Source of the DNA: an uncultured bacterium | Lineage (GTDB): Bacteria; Margulisbacteria; WOR-1; CAVSGV01 | Direction: 5' to 3' | Assembly: GCA_963699255.1 (NCBI GenBank) | Contig: OY969425.1 | Location: 630,001 to 662,000 of the forward strand | DNA: 32,000 nucleotides | Translations under genes and position numbers: made by a program | Notes under the pieces: generated by a model | Seen by the model: the letters and a program-made list of their open reading frames with translations, nothing else | Database searches by the model: none | Told to the model about the DNA's origin: nothing | Part shown: piece after piece, positions 7,709 to 14,616 of the stretch | How the letters are laid out: every line of letters begins with the position of its first letter | Numbering within the stretch: the first letter of the stretch is position 1

Positions 7709-8086
7709 CTAGAACATAAATCCGCCGTGGATCTCAGGAATTACCCATATGAACCCGCCGCCGAGATAGAGACCGTTATTCCAGACATAATCCGCGCCGA
7801 TGCCGAGATAAGGGATGATTATCGCTATCGTACCGGCAGCAAAATAAGGATTGAACTGATTCGTCTTGACCGGATTGAAAAATCTTTTGTAAGAAACGCC
7901 GAGCCCCAGGTTGATCCCAAGATCGCTGATAGTCGGCGCCGGCTCGTTGTTAATCATGTTCGGGTTAAGCCACCCCAGCGCCGGAAAATCCAGCCCTATT
8001 GAATTCCTTTTCCCGGTAAGCGTATAGCATAAAGCGGAGCCGGAAAATAACATCAGCACCAGAGCAAGCAAAATTAATTTCTTCAT
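7709..8086 (-). CDS. small secreted beta-strand-rich protein, OMP-like
   Basis: I prefer ATG 8086 (GGGGGTGG SD), giving MKKLILLALVLMLFSGSALC as a signal peptide, over the ORF-track start at 8143. The protein is Gly/aromatic-rich with alternating strands and ends ...EIHGGFMF. Confidence 0.65.
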   Translation of the reverse strand: MKKLILLALVLMLFSGSALCYTLTGKRNSIGLDFPALGWLNPNMINNEPAPTISDLGINLGLGVSYKRFFNPVKTNQFNPYFAAGTIAIIIPYLGIGADYVWNNGLYLGGGFIWVIPEIHGGFMF

Positions 8087-8147
8087 TACTTCCACCCCCT
8101 TTGTTGGTCCAATTCTACTCCAACAATATCCTGAAACAAGCAAGCAT

Positions 8148-8573
8148 TCATCTCAATTTTGCCTTATACCCGCAAGTCTCGAATAGAGCCGGCTCATCGA
8201 AGAAATCCACAAGGGGATAATTCCTGCATACATTTGGGCGCCATTTATAAACTCCGCATGTGCCGTCCGGACGCACACTTTTGCAGCCGAAAACCAGATA
8301 ATTAGGGTCGTATTCGATGCGTTTCAGATGAAAGCCCATCACCCAGGATGTCCACCTGACCACCAGTTCGCGGGTGAATATGTTCGAGAGCAGCCTCGGG
8401 TTGATCGCCAGCTTTATATCCTGGCAGCATTTGCCGCATTTATTGCACTTCCCTACCAGGACACATCTTGTCCTGAACGGCTTTTTGACAAGATTGGTAA
8501 CATAATTATCGGCGAGCATTATCAACAGGACCAGTTTACGGATCATGCCATTATTATAAAACCTTGAAAACAT
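8148..8573 (-). CDS. YkgJ-family Cys-cluster protein (CxxCxxCC zinc/iron-chelating domain)
   Basis: CNKCGKCCQD is the CxxCxxCC signature, and further Cys residues follow (GCKSVRPDGTCGVY...CRNYP). The ORF-track start at 8657 runs into tRNA-Cys-like sequence, so Met at 8573 or 8546 is more plausible. Confidence 0.75.
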   Translation of the reverse strand: MFSRFYNNGMIRKLVLLIMLADNYVTNLVKKPFRTRCVLVGKCNKCGKCCQDIKLAINPRLLSNIFTRELVVRWTSWVMGFHLKRIEYDPNYLVFGCKSVRPDGTCGVYKWRPNVCRNYPLVDFFDEPALFETCGYKAKLR

Positions 8574-8609
8574 ATTTGCATCATGAGATAATTTTACTTC
8601 GTTGCAAGC

Positions 8610-8650
8610 GGCGCAGTAGCCCCGCCAGAGGCGGGCAAGCAAGCGGTAAG
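8610..8650 (+). other. partial duplicate of the tRNA-Cys 5' half, interrupted by a 19-nt hairpin-bearing insert
   Basis: GGCGCAGTAGCC (8610..8621) and AAGCGGTAAG (8641..8650) together equal the first 22 nt of the intact tRNA-Cys. The insert at 8622..8640 completes a CCCGCC-AGA-GGCGGG hairpin (8621..8635). Confidence 0.75.
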
Positions 8651-8661
8651 TATGCAATCAG

Positions 8662-8736
8662 GGCGCAGTAGCCAAGCGGTAAGGCAACTGTCTGCAAAAC
8701 AGTTATACGCCGGTTCGATTCCGGCCTGCGCCTCCA
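8662..8736 (+). tRNA. tRNA-Cys (anticodon GCA), CCA encoded
   Basis: Acceptor GGCGCAG/CTGCGCC. Anticodon stem ACTGT/ACAGT with loop CTGCAAA. T arm GCCGG-TTCGATT-CCGGC. Discriminator T followed by CCA. Confidence 0.95.
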
Positions 8737-8755
8737 ACCCGATCTTCGATCAGGT

Positions 8756-8783
8756 AATGACAAATGACCAATGACAAATGTCA
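8756..8783 (+). repeat. tandem heptanucleotide repeat (AATGACN)x4
   Basis: AATGACA AATGACC AATGACA AATGTCA, in the spacer between tRNA-Cys and tRNA-Val. Confidence 0.85.
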
Positions 8784-8858
8784 GATTTTGGGGATTAGGA
8801 TTTTGGATATCATTTGTAAATTAGGATTTGTTCATTGGAAATTGCACCGAAGGCGCCA

Positions 8859-8933
8859 GGGCAGTTAGTTCAGTGGTAGAACGCTTCGTTGACACCGAAG
8901 AGGTCAGAGGTTCAATCCCTCTACTGCCCACCA
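8859..8933 (+). tRNA. tRNA-Val (anticodon GAC), CCA encoded
   Basis: Acceptor GGGCAGT/ACTGCCC. D arm GTTC-AGTGGTA-GAAC. Anticodon stem CTTCG/CGAAG with loop TTGACAC. T arm AGAGG-TTCAATC-CCTCT. Discriminator A followed by CCA. Confidence 0.95.
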
Positions 8934-8953
8934 TAGCCCCGACTCCGTCGGGG

Positions 8954-8988
8954 AAATCCCAATGACCAAATTCCAAACCCCAAACAAA
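8954..8988 (+). repeat. tandem heptanucleotide repeat (AAANNCC)x5
   Basis: AAATCCC AATGACC AAATTCC AAACCCC AAACAAA, immediately 3' of tRNA-Val. It is roughly the reverse complement of the GGNNTTT-like units at 8784..8846. Confidence 0.75.
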
Positions 8989-9023
8989 TTCAAATATTCA
9001 GGATCACAAAATCATCTGGAAGA

Positions 9024-10217
9024 TCACAGGCCTGAAGCAATGTCTTGAAGGGTTGACCAATATAAGGATGCCTTTTCAATGGAAAATTCCTTTTTCACTT
9101 GATCGTAAGCATTCTGACCGATCTGTTCCCTTTCTTTGGGATCGAGCAATTTTTCCAGATAAGTTTCCCATTCGCCTTGCCGGGCAATGAACCCGCTCTT
9201 CCCATGTTCCACGTAATCGCTATAAACTGTAGGAGAACAGACACACGGGACTTTCATCGCGCTCATTTCTTCCCATTTGAGAGGCGATTTACCGGCATTG
9301 AAAGCATCATCGGTTAATGGGCATAACGCAATATCTCCAGATAGTTCCCTTAAAGATTGTGGATAGGTATAAATATCCGGATGCCATGGGATCCATTTCG
9401 CCCTATCTCCAAGCGCATGAAATAGCCCTGGATAAGATACGCCTTGAAAGAGATATTCAACTTCCGGATGCTTCCTTGCAAATGATATCAATTCAACCTT
9501 CACCATTACAAGATCCCGATAGTGAGACAAGCTCCCCTGCCATACGATGCGCAATTTCCCATCATTCCTTTTATTCATCAGGGAATATCTATTAAAGTCC
9601 ACCAGATTTGGCAGTACCGCGATTTTACCCTTCGGCCTATACTGTTTAAATGCTTCGGCTAATTGCGAGGTAGTCACTGTCAACAGGTCGACCTCTTTTA
9701 TGATATCTTGAACCGTTTTTTGCCTTGATAGATTAGCCTCAATATCAAAACCATTCTCTTTATCTTTGAACATGGTTACGCTCGCTGATCCGTCCTGATT
9801 TATCTGAAGAAGTTTCCTCTGACTTTCAGGTATCACGGATAATAGATCGGCCACTTGTTCCCTGTCTGAATATAAAACACTGCTCTCTTTGGTCCCCCAT
9901 GTGCAATACGAAGGATTCCAAGGTGACACATTAAAGGGGTCATCATCAAAATCCACAACAACACTTCGTTTCCTGTCCTTCCAGGTCATGATCGCCCTGA
10001 ACAATTTAAGCATTTTTTCCGAGATCGGATGATGGCAAACAATGACATCGGCTTGATGTACTTCATCGTTCAGCCGTTTAATATCATGAATCCCTGAATC
10101 ATACATGAATATGTCCTTGCTCAGGACATTTTTAAGATACCCGTAAGGTTGATGAATTCGATAGAATGACCAATCCTTTATCTCCTTTATATTAAAAGGT
10201 ATAGCTACGACCTTCAT
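9024..10217 (-). CDS. glycosyltransferase (GT-B fold, GT1/GT4-like C-terminal half)
   Basis: The C-terminal region ...KSPLKWEEMSAMKVPCVCSPTVYSDYVEHGKSGFIARQ-GEWETYLEKLL...NAYDQVKKEFS resembles the nucleotide-sugar-binding half of GT-B enzymes. I prefer ATG 10217 over the TTG at 10223 used in the ORF track. Confidence 0.7.
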   Translation of the reverse strand: MKVVAIPFNIKEIKDWSFYRIHQPYGYLKNVLSKDIFMYDSGIHDIKRLNDEVHQADVIVCHHPISEKMLKLFRAIMTWKDRKRSVVVDFDDDPFNVSPWNPSYCTWGTKESSVLYSDREQVADLLSVIPESQRKLLQINQDGSASVTMFKDKENGFDIEANLSRQKTVQDIIKEVDLLTVTTSQLAEAFKQYRPKGKIAVLPNLVDFNRYSLMNKRNDGKLRIVWQGSLSHYRDLVMVKVELISFARKHPEVEYLFQGVSYPGLFHALGDRAKWIPWHPDIYTYPQSLRELSGDIALCPLTDDAFNAGKSPLKWEEMSAMKVPCVCSPTVYSDYVEHGKSGFIARQGEWETYLEKLLDPKEREQIGQNAYDQVKKEFSIEKASLYWSTLQDIASGL

Positions 10218-10339
10218 GATCAAATCACCACTTGATAATCAGGCGGTCTTATTTTGAATGGATCCGTTTTCATAATTATATGGGCTTGTCTCATATGACA
10301 TATATTATACATTTCAATAATATTATTTATATGAAAAAA

Positions 10340-11974
10340 TCATCTGATGTCGATCTGCACGCCTCTTTTTTTAAGCTCCCCGGCATAATACCTGGCAAGG
10401 TCATATTGTTTTTGGCCGTAATAATAAATGGCCAGGCACCTGTAAGCGCCTAAAAAATCCGGATTTATCTCCAGCGTTCTTTTCCACTGCGCTTCCGCTT
10501 CCTTTAACCTGCCCTCTTTATAGTAAAGCAACCCGAGATTAAAATGGGCGTTATCATATGCGGGGTTGATAGCTATTTCTTTCATGAACTCAGCATCGGC
10601 TTCCTTAAGCCTGTTCCTGTCCATATATATCAGGGCCAGATTATTGTGGACCATCGGTTCGTTCGGAGCCAGCTCAAGGGTTTTCCTGTATTCGCTCTCG
10701 GCTTTATCCGGCATGCCGTCCAGGTAATACATGGCCCCGAGATTCCGGTGAGCCAGAGGATGGCGGGGCGAGGTCTTAACGGCGCTTTCCCAGAAGGTCA
10801 ATCTGTCCTTATAATGGCCGGAGTTTATAAAAGTGAGGGCCGAAAACAAAACGATCACCAGCACGCTTAACGCCAGGCCTTTCTTATGAAGGTCAATATT
10901 GTTCCTTATCAGATCGGTCTCCAATAACAGGATAATGGATCCGATGATCGGCAGATATAGCCTGTGCTCGTATACCGCGACGCCCGTGAACCTGGCGGGA
11001 TCCGAGAACACAAGCGCAGGCAAAAGAAAAAGAACGAACCATAAAGCCCCGAATAAAATATGCCCGTAACGCCTGTTCTTTGTAAAAACCAGCAATAAAA
11101 TAATGATAAGAAGGGTGATCCATCCATAGATCAAAGAGGAGTCTTGTAACATCGGCAACACTGATAAATTGAAAGGCAGGAGCACTTTACCGGTATAGAG
11201 GATCACCGCGGGGAGATTGAACATAGCCCCAAGCGTGTCAAATAGCTTTAGCGGGACCGCCCCTGTAAGGACGATCTTCCTGAGCAAAAACCAGGCAAGC
11301 GAGACGAAGAACCATCCGGCAGCCAGAAGCCCTTTACTCACATTGTAAAACCCGGCTTTTTCCTTGAAGATCAGATAATAATACAAAAGGAACATCAAGA
11401 CCAGAACAAGGGCGGTTTCTTTTGTGAAAAGCGCCAGAGCAAAGAACAAAAGGTTCAAAACATAATAAAGCCAGCTTCTTGTGTCCAGATATTCCAGGAA
11501 TACAATGAGGTCCAGCAGAACAAAAACCGTTAGAAGCGGATCTATCCTCCCAGGGATCCAGGCCACCGCCGAAGTCAACGCCGGATGGACCGTGAATAAC
11601 AGCGCGAAAATAAAGGCCGCTACATTCTTATACCTCAGCTTTATCAGGAACGCGTAAACCAGGCAGGATGCCAGAAGATGAAGGAGAATGTTCGTCAAAT
11701 GATATACAAAAGGCCCTGTGCCGCCGATCTGAGCATCCAGTATGTACGGAATGATCGACACCGGACGATAAAACGTCCCGAAAGCAGGGATAATATTCTG
11801 ACTGAAAGCATGAAAGATATTGGATAGGACGCTTATTGAATGGAAGCTGTCAAGGATGACGGCGTTATCATCCAGATAGACAAGGCCAAAAAACAGCGTC
11901 TGCGCGTAAAGAATAAATCCCAGGGCAATTATCCATACATAGGGATGCCAGGTCCTGAGGAATATTTTTTCCAT
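10340..11974 (-). CDS. polytopic membrane protein with C-terminal TPR repeats (GT-C / TMTC-like architecture)
   Basis: 544 aa. There are about 10 hydrophobic helices, then at least 4 TPR units (NLGAMYYLDGMPDKAESEYRKTLELAPNEPMVHNNLALIYMD..., AHFNLGLLYYKEGRLKEAEAQWKRTLEINPDF...). Confidence 0.75.
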   Translation of the reverse strand: MEKIFLRTWHPYVWIIALGFILYAQTLFFGLVYLDDNAVILDSFHSISVLSNIFHAFSQNIIPAFGTFYRPVSIIPYILDAQIGGTGPFVYHLTNILLHLLASCLVYAFLIKLRYKNVAAFIFALLFTVHPALTSAVAWIPGRIDPLLTVFVLLDLIVFLEYLDTRSWLYYVLNLLFFALALFTKETALVLVLMFLLYYYLIFKEKAGFYNVSKGLLAAGWFFVSLAWFLLRKIVLTGAVPLKLFDTLGAMFNLPAVILYTGKVLLPFNLSVLPMLQDSSLIYGWITLLIIILLLVFTKNRRYGHILFGALWFVLFLLPALVFSDPARFTGVAVYEHRLYLPIIGSIILLLETDLIRNNIDLHKKGLALSVLVIVLFSALTFINSGHYKDRLTFWESAVKTSPRHPLAHRNLGAMYYLDGMPDKAESEYRKTLELAPNEPMVHNNLALIYMDRNRLKEADAEFMKEIAINPAYDNAHFNLGLLYYKEGRLKEAEAQWKRTLEINPDFLGAYRCLAIYYYGQKQYDLARYYAGELKKRGVQIDIR

Positions 11975-12035
11975 TTGACCTGATTATACCCCGAAACAGG
12001 GACGCTGTCAGGAAGCTGCGGAACCCAGCCAAATA

Positions 12036-12064
12036 TTGATTTTATTCTCCGGTTAAGGTATATT
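12036..12064 (+). promoter_or_regulatory. candidate promoter of pyrK-pyrD-ogg
   Basis: TTGATT (12036..12041), 17 nt spacer, TATATT (12059..12064). ATG 12075 lies 10 nt after the -10 box and has no SD. Confidence 0.45.
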
Positions 12065-12074
12065 AGTTGTTTAA

Positions 12075-12857
12075 ATGAAGCACCAGGAGATCGCCAAAGT
12101 TCTGGAAATTGAGAAAGCCGCCCCGGAACATTTTCGAGTTACGCTAGCCGCTCCAAGGATATCAAGAGAATCGATCCCCGGACAATTCGTCATGATCAAA
12201 TGCAGCGACGGCTCCGATCCTCTCCTGAGGCGGCCGATAAGCCTGAATAAGATAGACCAGGCCAAAGGCACTATAGATATCCTGTTCAGGGTGATAGGAA
12301 AAGGGACAAGGCTCCTTTCTGAAGTGGAGCCTGGCGGAGACCTGGACATTATCGGGCCGCTTGGCAACGGCTTCAAGATCGACGCGTCAAAGGAAGTGGC
12401 GATACTTGTGGGAGGCGGAGCCGGGATCGCTCCCCTGCTCAGCCTGGCAAAGGAAATATCCGTCAAGACCAAAGCCCGGTACGCGCTGATCGGAGCGAAC
12501 AACATCAGCTCCGTCCTCTGCGAAGAGGATTTTAAGGATCTCGGGTTTGAAACGACCGTCTCCACCGATGACGGCACTTACGGCATAAAGGGAAAGGTCA
12601 CGGACATGCTGCTTGAGGTCATCGACTCAAAGCTATCACCCATCAACTCTCACATATACGCGTGCGGCCCCAGGCTGATGGTAAAAGAACTGGAAAGCAT
12701 CTCCACCCAGTATAAAATACCCTGCCAGGTGTCGTTTGAGGAATGGATGGCGTGCGGTTTCGGTTCATGCAACGGATGCACCGTAAAAACGAAAAGCGGT
12801 TATAAAAAGGTCTGCTCCGACGGGCCTATATTCAACGCGGGGGAAATCCTATGGTAG
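12075..12857 (+). CDS. pyrK: dihydroorotate dehydrogenase (class 1B) electron-transfer subunit
   Basis: 260 aa. FAD/NAD-binding fold (PGQFVMIK, RRPIS, GGGAGIAPL) and a C-terminal 2Fe-2S motif (CGFGSCNGCTV...VCSDGP). Confidence 0.92.
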   Translation: MKHQEIAKVLEIEKAAPEHFRVTLAAPRISRESIPGQFVMIKCSDGSDPLLRRPISLNKIDQAKGTIDILFRVIGKGTRLLSEVEPGGDLDIIGPLGNGFKIDASKEVAILVGGGAGIAPLLSLAKEISVKTKARYALIGANNISSVLCEEDFKDLGFETTVSTDDGTYGIKGKVTDMLLEVIDSKLSPINSHIYACGPRLMVKELESISTQYKIPCQVSFEEWMACGFGSCNGCTVKTKSGYKKVCSDGPIFNAGEILW

Positions 12858-13765
12858 ATACAGCTGTGAATATCGCCGGAATAAAAATGAAGAATCCCGT
12901 GATGGTGGCATCGGGGACTTTCGGATCGGGACAGGATTATGTCGACTTCGTCACGCTTGAGGAGATCGGAGCTATCGTGACCAAAAGCGTCACGCTTAAA
13001 TCCAGAGCGGGCAATCCTCCCCCAAGGATATGCGAAACCCCGTCGGGGATGCTGAACACGATCGGGCTTGAAAATCCCGGGATAGATAAATTCATCCGGG
13101 TCGACCTCGAGTTCCTTAAAAAGTTCAAAACCCCCGTGATAGTCAACATTGCCGGAGAAACGCTTGATGAATATATCGAGCTGGCAAAGATCCTGGACAA
13201 GCAGGACAGGGTGAACGGCATCGAGATAAATGTCTCCTGCCCCAACGTTGAAAAGGGCTGCATCTCTTTCGGCATCGATCCTCTGGCGACCATGGAGGTC
13301 GTGAGAGCTGTCAGGAAACAGACCAAAAAGCCGCTGATCACAAAACTTACACCGAACGTGACCGATATCAAGGCGATCGCAAAGGCCGCGGAGGAGGCGG
13401 GAAGCGACGCCATTTCCGCGATAAACACGGTCATAGGAATGGCGATAGATATCAACAGCAGAAAGCCGAAGCTGTCGATGGTCACGGGAGGACTTTCCGG
13501 CCCGGCGATAAAGCCGATAGCCGTAAGGATGGTCAATGAAATATATAAAGCGGTCAGGATACCGGTCATCGGGATCGGCGGGATCATGGATGCGGGTGAC
13601 GCGGTTGAATTCATCCTGGCCGGCGCGTCAGCGGTCCAGGTCGGCACAGGCAACTTCGTCAATCCCCGCGCATCCACAGAAATAGCTGAGGGCATAAAGA
13701 AATACCTTGCGGCCAATAAGTTCACCGGCATAAAAGACATCATCGGCAAAGTAATCTCCTCTTAA
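12851..13765 (+). CDS. pyrD: dihydroorotate dehydrogenase (class 1B) catalytic subunit
   Basis: 304 aa. NPVMVASGTFG, NTIGLENPG, EINVSCPN, GGLSGPAIKPIA, IGIGGI. The start overlaps the pyrK stop (ATGGTAG). Confidence 0.93.
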   Translation: MVDTAVNIAGIKMKNPVMVASGTFGSGQDYVDFVTLEEIGAIVTKSVTLKSRAGNPPPRICETPSGMLNTIGLENPGIDKFIRVDLEFLKKFKTPVIVNIAGETLDEYIELAKILDKQDRVNGIEINVSCPNVEKGCISFGIDPLATMEVVRAVRKQTKKPLITKLTPNVTDIKAIAKAAEEAGSDAISAINTVIGMAIDINSRKPKLSMVTGGLSGPAIKPIAVRMVNEIYKAVRIPVIGIGGIMDAGDAVEFILAGASAVQVGTGNFVNPRASTEIAEGIKKYLAANKFTGIKDIIGKVISS

Positions 13766-13770
13766 TAAAA

Positions 13771-14580
13771 ATGCAAAAGATCAAAGCCAAAGATTTCAAC
13801 CTGGATGTAACGCTTTCGTGCGGGCAGGTCTTCAGGTGGCATAAGCATCACGACGGCTTCTGGTACGGGTTCATCTCGAACAAGATCGTAAAGATATATC
13901 AAAAGGGGGACTATCTTTATTATCAAGGAGCAGCCGGCAAGTCGGAAATAATCGATTACTTCAATCTGGATGATGACTACAAAAGGATCCTAAGATCGAT
14001 CGCCAAGGATGCGCTAATTAAAAAAGCAATAAAAAAGTACCATGGCCTTCGCATAATAAAGCAGGATCCCTTTGAGTGCCTGATGACATATATATTATCA
14101 TCACAAAACAACATCCCCAGGATAAACAAAATGGTGAATGAGATGAGCCGGAGGTTCGGCAGAAAGATAAAGTTCGAGGGCCGGGAATATTATGCTTTTC
14201 CAAAATTGACCGACCTGAAGGGATGCTGCCGCGAGGATATCCGCGCCTGCAGGCTGGGCTTCAGGGATAAATTTCTGGACGACGCTGTAAGTAAATCGTG
14301 GAATAAAGAAGTGCGATTGAATAAGATCGCGAATTTGCCGTATGAAAAAGCAAAGAAAGAGCTTTTAAAGATAAAAGGGGTCGGCAATAAGGTCGCCGAC
14401 TGTGTTCTGCTTTTCGGTTTCAATAAATATGAAGCATTCCCGATCGACAGATGGATAATGAGGGCAATGGAAAAATATTACAAAGGGAAAGACGGTATCT
14501 TATTTTGGAAAATACGCGGGATATGCTCAGGAATTTTTATACCTATACATACGAGACGCGAGATGAGAGATGTGAGATAA
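13771..14580 (+). CDS. ogg: 8-oxoguanine DNA glycosylase / N-glycosylase-DNA lyase (HhH-GPD, Ogg type); C-terminus frameshifted
   Basis: LSCGQVFRW, QDPFECLMTYILSSQNNI.RI and LLKIKGVGNKVADCVLLFG (HhH-GPD). The last roughly 30 codons of the annotated frame lose homology. The conserved tail reappears in the +1 frame; see the finding. Confidence 0.85.
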   Translation: MQKIKAKDFNLDVTLSCGQVFRWHKHHDGFWYGFISNKIVKIYQKGDYLYYQGAAGKSEIIDYFNLDDDYKRILRSIAKDALIKKAIKKYHGLRIIKQDPFECLMTYILSSQNNIPRINKMVNEMSRRFGRKIKFEGREYYAFPKLTDLKGCCREDIRACRLGFRDKFLDDAVSKSWNKEVRLNKIANLPYEKAKKELLKIKGVGNKVADCVLLFGFNKYEAFPIDRWIMRAMEKYYKGKDGILFWKIRGICSGIFIPIHTRREMRDVR

Positions 14581-14616
14581 GACTTCGCATCTCGCACTTC
14601 ACCTCTCTCATCTCTT
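14553..14616. terminator. hairpin built from inverted GAGATGN heptamer arrays between convergent ogg and murE
   Basis: GAGATGAGAGA (14560..14570) pairs with TCTCTCATCTC (14604..14614), plus an inner GTGA/TCAC. A T-rich run follows on the plus strand. The hairpin overlaps the stop codons of both genes. Confidence 0.6.

Noticed and set aside
8581-8763. A 60-aa minus-strand ORF, and the 5' extension of the YkgJ-type ORF to 8657.
   Set aside because: Both overlap tRNA-Cys or its partial duplicate. The sequence is explained by the tRNA gene.
10224-10339. Possible promoter or operator in the AT-rich spacer between the GT-C/TPR gene and the glycosyltransferase gene (several TATAAT-like hexamers, CATATG palindromes).
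   Set aside because: There are too many overlapping AT-rich candidates, and no -35/-10 pair has convincing spacing. I could not choose one with confidence.
12937-13749. A 270-aa ORF on the minus strand, antisense to pyrD. Similar long antisense ORFs lie at 12071-12577, 16353-16979, 21630-22046, 26453-26980, 28510-29055 and 30014-30523.
   Set aside because: Each lies entirely inside a confidently identified gene on the other strand. Their translations are low-complexity and Ser/Pro/Ala-rich with no recognisable motifs. These are typical shadow ORFs.
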